A DNA stretch of 64,000 bases from Thermoanaerobaculia bacterium (GCA_963664405.1 OY761158.1:6716314-6780313); one strand, 5' to 3'; positions 18,846 through 29,300 are shown, numbered from the stretch's first letter. Translations and numbers: made by a program. The notes: generated from the sequence alone by a model not told the origin.

Positions 18846-20591
18846 ATGTCCGGGAGTAGACTCATCTTCGCCGGCGCTAGGGCCATAGCCCTTTGCGCCC
18901 TTCTTTTCTACTCTGCGGCCGCATTCAGTCAAGATCAGAGCGGGCTGGATCCACGCCTTTTCCCGATCCCCGACCAGCTCAAAGCGAACATCGCTTTCTG
19001 GACCGATGTTTATTCGGTCTACACGAGCGACCAGGCGGTGCTTCACGATGAGCGTCATCTCGGCGTGGTCTACGAAGTTATCGAGCTCGCCGATCTCGAC
19101 CAGCCCGGGGTCTCTGAAGGGCGACTAAGGAAGCTACGCCGACGGAGGATCGACGAGACTCGCGACAAGATCGTTGCGGTCTTGAAGAAGCTCGCGAGAG
19201 CGGCGCCCCAGAACGGCGAAGAGGAGCTCATTCACCGCTTCTTCAAAGATACTCCCGGCGGGAGAGAGAAGTTCAGCGTCGCATCGCGGCGGGTTCGGGC
19301 GCAGACCGGCCTCCGTGACCGCTTCGCCGAAGCTGTGGTGATTGCCGGTCGATATATCCCCGAGATCGAGCGTATCTTCACCCGCGAAGGCCTGCCGCCG
19401 GTTCTGAGTCGTCTTCCCTTCGTCGAGTCCATGTTCGTGAGCGTGGCGCACTCGAAGGTGGGAGCGGTCGGTGCGTGGCAGTTCATGCCGGCGACAGCGC
19501 GTATCTACCTGCAGATGAACTCGGCCGTAGACTCCCGGGTCGACACACTGCTCGCGGCGAAGGGCGCCGCGCGCATGCTGCGTCAGGATCACGAGAGTCT
19601 CGGCACCTGGCCACTCGCGCTCACTGCCTACAATCACGGTAGAGGAGGCATGTCGCGAGCCGTCCGCCAGGTCGGGACACGGGACATCGGCGTCATCAGC
19701 GAAAAGTATCGCGCGAACCGCTTCGGCTTCGCGTCGCGCAACTTCTACTCGGAGTTCGTTGCGGCGAGTAGGGTCTACGCCAGGCGTAGCGAGCACTTTC
19801 CCAAGGCTGTCGCCGATCCGGAGCTGCGTTTCGACGCGCTCGTCCTACCTCGATTCGTCTCCCTGGTGGACCTCGCTTCGCGGGCCGGCACTTCGATCAG
19901 CGCCCTCGAGGGGCTGAATCCGGCATTGAACTCGGACGTCTTCAGCGGCACTTTGCTGGTGCCGCGCTCTTATCCGCTGCGTCTGCCGAAGGGGGAGCTC
20001 GCCTCTTTTCAGAAGGCCTACGAAGCGATTCCCGCAAATCGTAAGCTCAGCTCCCAGCTGCAGGTGGGGTACAAGGTCAGGTCGGGCGACACCCTCGGCA
20101 AAATCGCTCACCGTTTCGGCTCCATGGTCGGGGCCCTTCAGCGCGCCAACGGCTTGAGTCGCCCCAATCGGATCTATGCCGGACAGTATCTTCGGATCCC
20201 TGGCCAGAGCTTCGGCTCGTTCGCCGCCTCCGAGCCGGCCGCGGTCGATTCAGCGGTCCGCGTAACCGAAGCGCCCTCGCACCATGTGGTGAAGAGGGGA
20301 GAGACGCTGAGCTCGATTGCGCGTCGCTATGGGCACCCAGTTGGAGATCTGGTTGCAGCCAACGCCCTGGCCTCCGCCAACGAGATCGTTGTGGGCCAGC
20401 GCTTGCGTATCGCGCCGTCCGGTGCGTCCTCGATCTCCTTGGACGCTGGGCCGACCCGTCATACGGTGAGACGCGGAGAGAGTCTCACCAGGATCGCGCG
20501 CTCGTACGGAACCGATGTGGCGGCCTTGAAGAGCAAGAATGGGCTCGAGTCCACCGTTATTCACCCCGGTCAGGTTCTGCTTCTTCCGTGA
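18846..20591 (+). CDS. Lytic murein transglycosylase with three LysM domains (MltD-like)
   Basis: PFVESMF, GAWQFMPATA, ALTAYNHG; LysM repeats YKVRSGDTL, HVVKRGETL, HTVRRGESL. Confidence 0.92.
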   Translation: MSGSRLIFAGARAIALCALLFYSAAAFSQDQSGLDPRLFPIPDQLKANIAFWTDVYSVYTSDQAVLHDERHLGVVYEVIELADLDQPGVSEGRLRKLRRRRIDETRDKIVAVLKKLARAAPQNGEEELIHRFFKDTPGGREKFSVASRRVRAQTGLRDRFAEAVVIAGRYIPEIERIFTREGLPPVLSRLPFVESMFVSVAHSKVGAVGAWQFMPATARIYLQMNSAVDSRVDTLLAAKGAARMLRQDHESLGTWPLALTAYNHGRGGMSRAVRQVGTRDIGVISEKYRANRFGFASRNFYSEFVAASRVYARRSEHFPKAVADPELRFDALVLPRFVSLVDLASRAGTSISALEGLNPALNSDVFSGTLLVPRSYPLRLPKGELASFQKAYEAIPANRKLSSQLQVGYKVRSGDTLGKIAHRFGSMVGALQRANGLSRPNRIYAGQYLRIPGQSFGSFAASEPAAVDSAVRVTEAPSHHVVKRGETLSSIARRYGHPVGDLVAANALASANEIVVGQRLRIAPSGASSISLDAGPTRHTVRRGESLTRIARSYGTDVAALKSKNGLESTVIHPGQVLLLP

Positions 20592-20595
20592 TCTG

Positions 20596-20910
20596 TCAGT
20601 GACTCTGCCGACGGACTTTGTAAAAGCCATCTTCCAGACTGGTGAAGAGCTCGGGGATCAGAGGATGGTGAACCGGTCCAGCCTCCAGGTCCCGTTCCAG
20701 ATTCCTCTCCGCTACATACGTCGTGTGTCCGCTGCCGTGGGGCAGGACCGAATACCAAGGCTCTTCCTTCGGGGGCCGAGAGCGGGCGACTTGCTCGTAC
20801 CACGACTCTGATCCGGAGAACACGGCATCTACATCGAAGACGACGCCTCGATAGCCGAAGAGGCGGTGATGAATGATCTGGCCGATTGCGAATTTTGCCT
20901 GGGCGCTCAC
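20596..20910 (-). CDS. hspQ: Heat shock protein HspQ (YccV-like)
   Basis: KFAIGQIIHHRLFGYRGVVFDVD, PWY, TYVAERNL, HPLI. Confidence 0.93.
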   Translation of the reverse strand: MSAQAKFAIGQIIHHRLFGYRGVVFDVDAVFSGSESWYEQVARSRPPKEEPWYSVLPHGSGHTTYVAERNLERDLEAGPVHHPLIPELFTSLEDGFYKVRRQSH

Positions 20911-20964
20911 GTGCAGTGTTCCGGGTGCGGACAGTCCGAGCTCGGGCGATGAGGTAGTCTATCG

Positions 20965-21645
20965 TTGATGCGCAGGTGGTTTGCCCCTCTGGACTCGGGC
21001 TCGGCGCTGTTTCTTCTCTTGATCGGCGTGCAAGCGAGTTTCGCGGCTCCGGGGGCAGTGACGACAGAGTTGATTGACCACCACTGCATGAGTGAGCTGA
21101 ATTCGACCGAGCTCACGCTTTTCGCCAACGGTACTCTCCGGCTCCGCGAGCGGATTGACGATCGCAAGACCATGCTCCTGGCAGAGCTCGAGCCCGAAGA
21201 GCTCGAGGTGTTTGTGAGGCGTCTCGGCGAAGTCGATCTATCTGAGGCCGAATCGAGTCGTGGCGGCGTCGGCGGAGAGTGGGTGGAGCAGTGCGCTCTG
21301 ACCGTCAACCTGGAGGGGCGCTCCAAGGTCTTCCTGCGCTACAGTCGCTTCGATATCGTCGCGCTCGGCATCAAGCAAGCGGAAGGTGTGCTCGCTGACT
21401 TGGATCAGCTCGGTCGGATCCGTGCCCTCCACGGCACCCTGCCGGCTGACTATGACCCAAAGATCGGCGACTTTCTCAGCCGCGTAGACGGAACGATATT
21501 CGAGGTTGTCGGCTTTACCTCCGACAATCGTGGGGTCGAGCTCTCGGGCGTCAACCAGCCGGTCACGATCTATGTCTCGCGTGAGGAGTTTCGCAACGTG
21601 TTCGGTGCTCTGGCGGGCGACAACCTCTTTGATCTCGAGAGGTAG
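20965..21645 (+). CDS. Hypothetical exported protein
   Basis: Signal-like N-terminus, protein-like composition, co-directional with rsmD. Confidence 0.6.
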   Translation: MMRRWFAPLDSGSALFLLLIGVQASFAAPGAVTTELIDHHCMSELNSTELTLFANGTLRLRERIDDRKTMLLAELEPEELEVFVRRLGEVDLSEAESSRGGVGGEWVEQCALTVNLEGRSKVFLRYSRFDIVALGIKQAEGVLADLDQLGRIRALHGTLPADYDPKIGDFLSRVDGTIFEVVGFTSDNRGVELSGVNQPVTIYVSREEFRNVFGALAGDNLFDLER

Positions 21646-21648
21646 CCG

Positions 21649-22218
21649 CTGAGAATCGTGGCCGGACAATGGGCGGGGCGCAAGCTCGATACCCCGGCCG
21701 GCATTCGACCGACTACACAGCGAGCCCGCGAGGCGCTGTTTTCGATCTGGCAGTCCCGTGTCCCAGGAGCGCGTTTTCTGGACCTCTTCTGCGGCAGCGG
21801 GGCGGTGGGTCTCGAAGCTCTGAGCCGCGGGGCGGCGAGCGCAGTGCTGGTCGACAGAGATCGAAAGGCTCTGGGTATCGCCATGAATAACCAGGCACGC
21901 TTGGTGGCCGAAGGCTGCGTTATCAGGCAGATCGACCTTCCGCAAGGACTACCCCGAGATCGAGCGCTCGCCGACTTCGACTTGATCTTCGCCGATCCTC
22001 CCTATGAGTTCGAGGATTGGGAGGAGTTGCTCTCCGCTGCTGAAGCTCACCTGGAGGGTCGGGGGAAGCTCGGGGTAGAGCACGCGTCGGCAACAGCCCT
22101 GCCGCCACAGGTGCGGACGCTGGTGCAGGTGTCGAGCCGCCGCTACGGGGCGACCTCGTTGAGCTTCTACGAGCGTCAGGAGGGGGGATCGAGGAGAAAC
22201 GTGGACTCTTCGAGGTAG
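21649..22218 (+). CDS. rsmD: 16S rRNA m2G966 methyltransferase (probable CTG start)
   Basis: (L)RIVAGQWAGRKL..RPT..REALF, LDLFCGSG, EALSRGA, IFADPPY, RRYG. Confidence 0.93.
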   Translation: MRIVAGQWAGRKLDTPAGIRPTTQRAREALFSIWQSRVPGARFLDLFCGSGAVGLEALSRGAASAVLVDRDRKALGIAMNNQARLVAEGCVIRQIDLPQGLPRDRALADFDLIFADPPYEFEDWEELLSAAEAHLEGRGKLGVEHASATALPPQVRTLVQVSSRRYGATSLSFYERQEGGSRRNVDSSR

Positions 22219-22808
22219 GTGCGCAGATCGACCTGTTTGAGCCGTAGGCCGCCCTTCTCCTGCAGCGGAACCGGCGCGAAGTTGAGGACGGAACGAATCC
22301 CGGCCTTGATCAGAGACTCGTAGCAGTCGACGGCGGCGGCAGCCGGAACCGTCAGCACCGCGATCTCGGCACGCGTCTCTTTGACTACTGCCTCGAGGTC
22401 GCTCATGTCTCGAACATCAACTCCGCCTCGACGCCTATCGATCTTTGAAGGATCGCAGTCGACTCCCGCAACCACCTCGAAGCTGTCGTCGTTGAAACCG
22501 ATGTAGCCCGCCAAGGCCGTGCCCAGGTTCCCCATCCCGACGATGATGATCGGATGCTTGCGGTCGAGGCCGAGGAGCTGATGCAGGCGGTTCGCGAGAG
22601 GGTCGATCTGGTAGCCAACTCCTCTGATCCCGAAGTCACCGAATTGTGCAAGGTCTTTCCGAATCTGGGTTGAAGAGAGGTGGAACCTCGTTGCCAGCCC
22701 CTGGGACGAGATCGTGTCCAGCTGCTCTCTTTGTAACTCGCGGAGACAGCGAAGATAGACGGAGAGTCGATTCAGAGTAGCCGTCGAGGTGTTGTGGGAC
22801 TCCGACAT
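22176..22808 (-). CDS. rex: Redox-sensing transcriptional repressor Rex
   Basis: RLSVYLRCL, TQIRKDLAQFGDFGIRGVGY, GMGNLG, VLNFAP. Confidence 0.95.
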   Translation of the reverse strand: MSESHNTSTATLNRLSVYLRCLRELQREQLDTISSQGLATRFHLSSTQIRKDLAQFGDFGIRGVGYQIDPLANRLHQLLGLDRKHPIIIVGMGNLGTALAGYIGFNDDSFEVVAGVDCDPSKIDRRRGGVDVRDMSDLEAVVKETRAEIAVLTVPAAAAVDCYESLIKAGIRSVLNFAPVPLQEKGGLRLKQVDLRTYLEESTFLLDPPS

Positions 22809-22850
22809 CGAGTTGGAAAAAATAGACCCGGGTGCTCGACAGGAAGGTGA

Positions 22851-22941
<91 letters not shown>

Positions 22942-23041
22942 GCAAGAGATTGTAGAGAGACTCGTCGTCGAGTGCAAACTGAAATCCGCCGTGGACTGAC
23001 AATCGGAGCTGTTGGGGGAGTCGACTGCTAGACTCTCGGGC

Positions 23042-23641
23042 ATGTCGCAAGGCCGAATTCTCGCCCTCCCTTGGCTGTGCATCTTAGGGCTGGCCACGTC
23101 GATTATCGGCGCCTGCGCGCCTTCGGAAGAGAGGGTAGAAGAGGACGAAAACTCGATCCAACAAACCCTCGACGAGTACCTCCCGCGCTTGGCGGAAGCC
23201 TACTCTCTGGGAGACCTGGAGGCGTTGAAGGTCTACGCCGCCGAGTATCCGATCTTCGACTCAGCAATGCTCGATCTTCTCGCGCGGCATGGCGGCGCCG
23301 AAGCCAACACGCTCCGCGAACGCCTGGACGGCGTGCTCACCGGATACGCTGCAGAGAAAGAGATCGCGGTGATGGAGAAGAGGATCGAGGATCTTCTCAC
23401 CGAGAGCCGAGTGATCCGACCTACGCCCCTGAGTGTGCAGTTGGAAGACGTGCGCATCTTCAACTACGCCAATGCCTTTGTTACCAGTCTCGAGACCTGG
23501 GACCTGCGGGTTTACGCCGCGGGAACCGACAAGGTGTTGTCCGAGGCTCTGGGCCAACGAAACCGGGTCAAGTACCAGATGAAGAGACGCGATGATGGCT
23601 GGGTGATTCTGTACCGAGTCTTGGAAACTACCTTCGAATAG
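23042..23641 (+). CDS. Hypothetical lipoprotein
   Basis: Hydrophobic stretch then IIGAC lipobox; 7 bp before der. Confidence 0.65.
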   Translation: MSQGRILALPWLCILGLATSIIGACAPSEERVEEDENSIQQTLDEYLPRLAEAYSLGDLEALKVYAAEYPIFDSAMLDLLARHGGAEANTLRERLDGVLTGYAAEKEIAVMEKRIEDLLTESRVIRPTPLSVQLEDVRIFNYANAFVTSLETWDLRVYAAGTDKVLSEALGQRNRVKYQMKRRDDGWVILYRVLETTFE

Positions 23642-23648
23642 CTCCGGC

Positions 23649-24995
23649 GTGGCTACCGCGTCCTCTCCTCACGCCGCCGGAGGCTCACCTGCGATAGTCG
23701 CTATCGTCGGGCGCCCGAACGTGGGCAAGTCCACACTCTTCAACTGTCTCGTGGGGCGGCGACGAGCGATCGTTCACGACCTGCCAGGCGTGACCCGAGA
23801 TCGCATTGTCGAAACCGCCGATCTAGGAGAGGGCTCCTCGGTTGACCTGATTGATACGGGCGGGCTTCTGCCGGAGAGAGAGGACGCTCTCGGGTTGAAC
23901 GAACAGGTGCTTCTGGCCGTCGAGGAAAGCGATGTATTGATCTTCGTCGTGGACGGCAAGGAGGGGCCCCTTCCCGGGGACAGTGAGGTTTTAGAGACCC
24001 TGCGCCGCTACGGAAAGTCGATCGTGCTTGTGGTCAACAAGGCGGACACCAAGGCGGCAGAGGTGAGTGTGAACCAGTTCCATAGCTTCGGTCTCGAGCC
24101 GATTCTCGTATCCGCCGAACATCGCCTCGGCCTCGAGACGCTGGTCGACCGTGTTCGCGAGTTGTTGCCGGAGAGCCCGCCCTCGATGGGAGAGCTCGAG
24201 GGACCGGCCGTGGCGATCGTGGGTCGCCCGAATGTCGGGAAGTCCAGCTTGCTCAATCGCCTGGTGGGAGGGGAGCGCGCTCTGGTCTCGGAGGTCGCTG
24301 GCACCACTCGAGATCCGGTGGATAGCGTAGTCGAATGGGATGAGCGCTCCTATGTCTTGATTGACACCGCGGGCATTCGTCGCCGCAGTCAGGTTTCCGG
24401 CGCCGCTGAGGGTTTGGCGGTAATGATGGCCCGGCGCCAGATCCAAAGAGCGCAGGTGGTCGTTCTGGTCGTTGACGCAAGTCAGGGCGTTACCGCCGGT
24501 GACCTTGCCATTGCCGGGGTCGCTTGGGAAGAGGGTAGGGGAGTTGTCGTGGTCATGAACAAATGGGATCTCTTGTCGCCGTTGACTCGTGAGCATCTCG
24601 AGGAGGGCTGGGAGCGCCTCTCCGAGCTTCTGGCGGCACCGGCGCGGGTCAACATCTCGGCACTCAGTGGTCGTGGGGTCGGAAGAATCTTCCCCAAGGT
24701 CGTGCAGGTGCTTGACGATCTCGATTCGCAGGTCGAGACCTCGCGCCTCAACACGATTCTCCAGCGGGCAGTCGCGAGCCATCACATTCCGACCGGCGGA
24801 GGCAAGGCGTGGAAGGTCTTCTACGCATCGCAGGTCGCGGCTGCGCCGCCAACCTTCATGCTTTTCGCGAATCGGACTCTTCCTCAGAAGAGTAGTTACC
24901 GTCGATATCTCGAGAACACTCTGCGTCGGGAGTTGGGTCTGCCGGGGATCCCCATTAGACTGGTCATTCGCCCCCGTGACCAGAAGAAACGATAG
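23649..24995 (+). CDS. der: Ribosome biogenesis GTPase Der (EngA)
   Basis: Two GRPNVGKS P-loops, DTGG/DTAG, NKAD/NKWD, C-terminal YRRYLEN. Confidence 0.97.
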   Translation: MATASSPHAAGGSPAIVAIVGRPNVGKSTLFNCLVGRRRAIVHDLPGVTRDRIVETADLGEGSSVDLIDTGGLLPEREDALGLNEQVLLAVEESDVLIFVVDGKEGPLPGDSEVLETLRRYGKSIVLVVNKADTKAAEVSVNQFHSFGLEPILVSAEHRLGLETLVDRVRELLPESPPSMGELEGPAVAIVGRPNVGKSSLLNRLVGGERALVSEVAGTTRDPVDSVVEWDERSYVLIDTAGIRRRSQVSGAAEGLAVMMARRQIQRAQVVVLVVDASQGVTAGDLAIAGVAWEEGRGVVVVMNKWDLLSPLTREHLEEGWERLSELLAAPARVNISALSGRGVGRIFPKVVQVLDDLDSQVETSRLNTILQRAVASHHIPTGGGKAWKVFYASQVAAAPPTFMLFANRTLPQKSSYRRYLENTLRRELGLPGIPIRLVIRPRDQKKR

Positions 24996-25137
24996 CGCTC
25001 TTCGAAGACCGTGCCGACTCCGCCGGCGCTTGAAATCAGAGGCGTTCGCGGCCTATACTAAACCTGCATTTCTCTTATGTTTTTTGGCTTCTCTTGTGAT
25101 CTCTGATTTTGACGAGCTTCCATGAAGGGATAGTGAG

Positions 25138-25455
25138 ATGACCAAGAGGAAACCTGGAACCACCAAGGCAGATCTTGTCGACGAAGTTTACAATCGGCAT
25201 GGCGGTCTGACCAAGAGCGAAGCGGCCCACGTGGTCGAATCGATCTTCGACACGATGAAGACAACTCTTCTCGAAGGTCGCGCGGTTCGGATCAAGAATT
25301 TCGGCATCTTCGAGATTGCTTCAAGAGCGGGTCGAAGAGGCGTGAACCCCGCCAATGGTGAGAAAATCTTCATCGAGCCGCACAAGGGGCTGAATTTTCG
25401 CCCGGCACGCCAGCTCAAGGACACAGTGTCTCCGATCGGTCGCAAAGACGACTGA
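25138..25455 (+). CDS. HU/IHF family DNA-binding protein (IHF-alpha position)
   Basis: TKADLV, VRIKNFGIF, RRGVNPANGE, FRPARQLK. Confidence 0.92.
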   Translation: MTKRKPGTTKADLVDEVYNRHGGLTKSEAAHVVESIFDTMKTTLLEGRAVRIKNFGIFEIASRAGRRGVNPANGEKIFIEPHKGLNFRPARQLKDTVSPIGRKDD

Positions 25456-25472
25456 GGGGCGCTGGTTGAGCT

Positions 25473-26183
25473 CTGGCCACTAGGGGTCACACCGTTTCCA
25501 AGAAGCTTCACTTCAAGATCGGCGAAGCCTGCCGCGCCGTCGATATCCAGCCCTACGTACTACGCTACTGGGAAACCGAGTTCCAGGCTCTGAGTCCCGG
25601 CAAAAGCAAGTCGGGGCAGCGCGTCTATACCGAGCGCGAGCTCAATATTGTTCGGCGCATCAAGGCGCTGCTCTACGAGGAGGGCTACACGATCGCCGGG
25701 GCCAAGAAGCGGCTCGGTGCGGAGCTCGAGAGTGGGGCGGTCGGGGTCGAAAGTGCTGCTCCAGGCGCCGATGAGGATCCGTCGACCGAGACTGAGGATG
25801 CACAGAGCTCGGGAGCTAGCGAGACAGCGGAGGAGACTGAGCCGGGAGAGGGTGGCGCGGAGCCTGAGCCTGGCACGGAGCCGGATTCTGACCTCGAGTC
25901 CGAGCCTGAAGCGGAGACTGAGGCCGACGCGAGCGAGCTGGTTGATCAGGCTTCGGTTGCCCTCCTAGCCGGCGCCGAGGCCGAGCGTGATGGGGTGCCC
26001 ACCAAGACCGAGAGCGCGGTGGAAGCGTCTAGACCCACAGAGTCCGAGGTCGAGTCACCGGCTGCGGTTGACACGGAGTTGTCGCAGCGTATAGAAACCC
26101 TCAAGCGCGGCCTCGGGGATGTCCTCGAAGAAGTGCAAGGAATCCTGGCTCTCCTCCACGGCGACGATGCCGACAAGAAGTAG
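25473..26183 (+). CDS. MerR-family regulator with long acidic linker (missed by the ORF track; probable CTG start)
   Basis: Frame open 25470-26183: KKLHFKIGEACRAVDIQPYVLRYWETEF..SGQRVY..IKALLYEEGYTIAGAKKRL; usual ihf-merR-tRNA-Pro order. Confidence 0.9.
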   Translation: MATRGHTVSKKLHFKIGEACRAVDIQPYVLRYWETEFQALSPGKSKSGQRVYTERELNIVRRIKALLYEEGYTIAGAKKRLGAELESGAVGVESAAPGADEDPSTETEDAQSSGASETAEETEPGEGGAEPEPGTEPDSDLESEPEAETEADASELVDQASVALLAGAEAERDGVPTKTESAVEASRPTESEVESPAAVDTELSQRIETLKRGLGDVLEEVQGILALLHGDDADKK

Positions 26184-26208
26184 GGCCTCTCAAGTTTTCA
26201 AGAACGGT

Positions 26209-26285
26209 CGGGACGTGGCGCAGTCTGGTAGCGTACCTGAATGGGGTTCAGGGGGTCGCGAGTTCGAATCTCGCCGTCCCGACCA
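26209..26285 (+). tRNA. tRNA-Pro (anticodon GGG)
   Basis: CGGGACGTGGCGCAGTCTGGTAGCGTACCTGAATGGGGTTCAGGGGGTCGCGAGTTCGAATCTCGCCGTCCCGACCA. Confidence 0.97.
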
Positions 26286-26348
26286 ATTTCCTTTCCTGGG
26301 CTCAGTGGGTAGCCGCGAGGGCGAGCCGCACTCACGAAGAGATGCCGA

Positions 26349-26873
26349 ATGCGTCTCGCGCTCCTAGCAGCCGCCCTTATCCTGGTCATCGGCGGCGCGC
26401 TCGCGCTCTCCCTAGGTTCTCGAAAGAGGAGTCCTGGGGCCTCGGATGGCCCCGAGACGCAGACCGAGGGGGGATCCTCTGCGAAGGCCTTCTCCGATTA
26501 ACGGATGCAAGCTTGGTACGAGAGCTTCTCGTCCATTTCCGCTCAAATTGGCCCTCTGACGATGGCGGCAGGGACTCCACAGCAAGGCGAGAGGCTCCTC
26601 GGCCTGGTCCGCGAGGCACGGGCGGAGCTTCCAGGGGCGGTAGACAAGGACATAGAGTCCATGGCTACGAATATTCTCGAGGTCGCCGAAGAGGTGGCTC
26701 GTGAGTGCGTCTTGTTGCCGCCTAGCGAAGAGTCGGTTCAGGCGAGGGATAGGGAGCGAATCTCGGTGCATCGCATGGCTTTACCGACCTTCGTGGAGGC
26801 ACTGGAGGAGAAGATGGCGGATCGATACGGTGCGGAGGCGAGGCTCAGTCCGCATTGGCAGCTGGCGCCGTAG
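26349..26873 (+). pseudogene. Hypothetical exported protein interrupted by one in-frame TAA (26499-26501)
   Basis: ATG 26349 gives MRLALLAAALILVIGGALAL..AFSD*, in the same frame as the 26505-26873 ORF. Confidence 0.55.
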
Positions 26874-27036
26874 GGACCGTAACACTCGAACGTTTAGTGG
26901 CTGAGTGAGTCATTCGGGGTCGAGATCAAGGCGCGCTGACGCAGGCATAGCGGGGACTATGTCGAGGAAGCGTAACGCAGAGATCGGCCGCGAGGGCCGC
27001 TCAGGCGCTAAACGTTTGGGTGTTACGGTCCACTAG
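26871..27036. repeat. TAG/CTAG-bounded palindromic element, copy A
   Basis: Arms GGACCGTAACACTCGAACGTTTAG / CTAAACGTTTGGGTGTTACGGTCC; core CAAGGCGCGCTGACGCAGGCATAG..CTATGTCGAGGAAGCGTAACGCAG. Confidence 0.88.
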
Positions 27037-28033
27037 TCCCGAGGGAAGCGCAGAGGACGGCCTTGACGCTGTGCAGACGGTTTTCTGCTTGGTCCCACAC
27101 GATCGAGTTGGAGGACTCGAAAACGTCGTCCGTGACCTCGACCCCTTCGAGTCCGAACTCCTCGGCGATCTTGCGGCCGACTGTGGTTTGGCGATCGTGG
27201 TAGGCGGGCAAGCAGTGCATGAACTTCACCGAGTCGTTGCCGGTCAGTTCCAGAGCTCTCCGATCCACCCGGTAGGGCCGGAGGATAGCCACTCTCTCGG
27301 CCCAGATGCTCTCGTCTTCTCCCATCGAGACCCAGATATCGGTGTAGAGGAAGTCGACTCCTTTCACTCCTTCCTCGACCGATTCGGTGATCTGTATTCG
27401 GCCGCCGGTGCGAGAAGCGATCGCTTCGCAGCGCTCGATGTGAGTCGGCGATGGCCATAGGGGCCTGGGAGCAGCGATGCGTGCGTCCATGCCGAGCTTA
27501 GCGGCTCCCATCAGCAGCGATCTGGCCATGTTGAAGCGAGCGTCACCGAGATAGCAGAACGATGCCGTGCCCAGGGGTCCGTCGTGATGCTCACGCATGG
27601 TGAGTGCGTCGGCGAGGAATTGCGTCGGGTGGTACTCCTCGGTCAATGCGTTGAAAACAGGGACTCCGGCATAGCTCGCCAACTCCTCGACCTTCTCCTG
27701 ACCAAAACCTCGATAGGCGATCGCGTGGTACATGCGTCCGAGGACCCGGGCGGTATCGCGAATGCTCTCTTTGTGCCCGATGTGCGACCCGTGGGGGTCC
27801 AGTACGCTGACTCGAGCCCCTTGATCGAAGGCGGCGACCTCGAAGGCTGCCCGCGTCCGGGTCGAAGTCTTCTCGAAGAGCAGCACGATGTTCTGCCCTT
27901 GGAGGCTTGGCGTTTCTTCACCGCGGCTTCGAGCTGCTTTCAAATCAGCCGCGAGCGCGAGGAGGTAGTCGATCTCCTCGGGCTCGAAATCCTCGAGTTT
28001 GAGAAAGTGGCGGGCGTGCAGATCGATTGCCAT
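27023..28033 (-). CDS. argF: Ornithine carbamoyltransferase
   Basis: [44 protein letters not shown]. Confidence 0.96.
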   Translation of the reverse strand: MAIDLHARHFLKLEDFEPEEIDYLLALAADLKAARSRGEETPSLQGQNIVLLFEKTSTRTRAAFEVAAFDQGARVSVLDPHGSHIGHKESIRDTARVLGRMYHAIAYRGFGQEKVEELASYAGVPVFNALTEEYHPTQFLADALTMREHHDGPLGTASFCYLGDARFNMARSLLMGAAKLGMDARIAAPRPLWPSPTHIERCEAIASRTGGRIQITESVEEGVKGVDFLYTDIWVSMGEDESIWAERVAILRPYRVDRRALELTGNDSVKFMHCLPAYHDRQTTVGRKIAEEFGLEGVEVTDDVFESSNSIVWDQAENRLHSVKAVLCASLGTSGP

Positions 28034-28106
28034 GGCGAGTTTCGGCGCGGGAGGAGAGGAGGTCGATAGCCGGTGATTGTAGTAAAGTCGTAGACCGCCG
28101 ACCCGA

Positions 28107-28634
28107 ATGATAACGGGTTCCGGCCCGCTTCCAGAAACTCCAGGACAGGTGACGATGACCGGCTCGACTCCGCAGACGAGGGGAAAGTACGACGGCCAAG
28201 GCCTGAGCGTTGCCATCGTTGCAGCGTTGTTCAATCAGCGCATCGTTTCCCAGCTCCTAGAGGGCGCCCTCGACTGCCTGCGGGCGAACGGCGTTGACCC
28301 GGGGGATACCCATGTCGTTCGCGTTCCCGGCGCCTGGGAGATCCCTCAGGGGCTCGAGGAGGTGGCTGCGCTGGGCAAGGTAGATGCACTGATCGCGCTG
28401 GGAGCCGTTATTCGTGGTGAGACCGCTCACTTCGACTTCATCTGTGCGGAGTGCGCCCGAGGCGTCGGCCGCGTAGCCAGCAAATACCGCCTACCGGTCG
28501 CATTCGGTGTCCTCACCTGCGAGACTTCCCAGCAGGCGGAGGAGCGAGCCGGGGGAAAGATGGGAAATAAGGGCAGCGAAGCCGCGCTGTCGGCCCTGGA
28601 GATGGCAAGCTTGCTTCAACAGCTCCGCTCGTAA
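28107..28634 (+). CDS. ribH: 6,7-dimethyl-8-ribityllumazine synthase
   Basis: [29 protein letters not shown]. Confidence 0.97.
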   Translation: MITGSGPLPETPGQVTMTGSTPQTRGKYDGQGLSVAIVAALFNQRIVSQLLEGALDCLRANGVDPGDTHVVRVPGAWEIPQGLEEVAALGKVDALIALGAVIRGETAHFDFICAECARGVGRVASKYRLPVAFGVLTCETSQQAEERAGGKMGNKGSEAALSALEMASLLQQLRS

Positions 28635-28641
28635 GCCGATC

Positions 28642-29139
28642 GTGCCAGCTCAAAGTCAACGACGGGGGTTGCGTCGCGCCGGAAAGCGGCGCAGCGCGCG
28701 TGAGATGGCTCTGCAGATGCTTTATCAGCATGAGCTCGGAGGGTCGGGGCTGGATGAGGTGCTCTCCCGTTTCAGCCCGGCTGAGATGGTCCTAGAGGGC
28801 GACGCCGCCGCGACGCTTCCCGCAGGCAATGCGAGCGCTGCTCAGGACTACGCCAAGGACCTCGTTCGGGGAGTCGCCGAGCACCGTGATGAGGTGGACA
28901 GCCTGATTCGGGAGCACGCCGTCAACTGGCGTTTGGAGCGGATGCCAGTGGTAGACCGTGCGATTCTTCGGGTGGCCGTCTACGAGCTCTTGTACCAGAC
29001 CGACATTCCCAGGGTGGTGATCCTCGACGAGGCAATCGAGCTGGCAAAGCTCTTTGGGTCCGAACAATCCAGCGCTTTCGTCAACGGAGTGCTCGACGGG
29101 CTGATCCATACCCAGGAGCTGCCCGGAAAGTTGCACTAG
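28642..29139 (+). CDS. nusB: Transcription antitermination factor NusB
   Basis: RRSAREMALQMLYQ, NWRLERM..DRAILR, EAIELAK, FVNGVLD. Confidence 0.96.
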   Translation: MPAQSQRRGLRRAGKRRSAREMALQMLYQHELGGSGLDEVLSRFSPAEMVLEGDAAATLPAGNASAAQDYAKDLVRGVAEHRDEVDSLIREHAVNWRLERMPVVDRAILRVAVYELLYQTDIPRVVILDEAIELAKLFGSEQSSAFVNGVLDGLIHTQELPGKLH

Positions 29140-29300
29140 TGTATCGACCCAGAAGTTCCGGTACACCGAGAGCGTCGATGCACGCGCCGGGCAAGGCGCG
29201 CCGACGCAGGCATATTGGGAATATGTCGAGGAGGCGGAACGCAGCCCGGCGTGATGCAGCGGCGCTCGAATGTGCCGGAACTTCTGGGGCGGTGCACTAG
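29136..29300. repeat. CTAG-bounded palindromic element, copy B
   Basis: CTAGTGTATCGACCCAGAAGTTCCGG / CCGGAACTTCTGGGGCGGTGCACTAG; core GCAAGGCGCGCCGACGCAGGCATATTGGGAATATGTCGAGGAGGCGGAACGCAG; starts at the nusB TAG. Confidence 0.9.

Noticed and set aside
26209-26873. Genomic island integrated at tRNA-Pro (or tRNA-Leu)
   Set aside because: No adjacent integrase and no repeated tRNA 3' end found in the window
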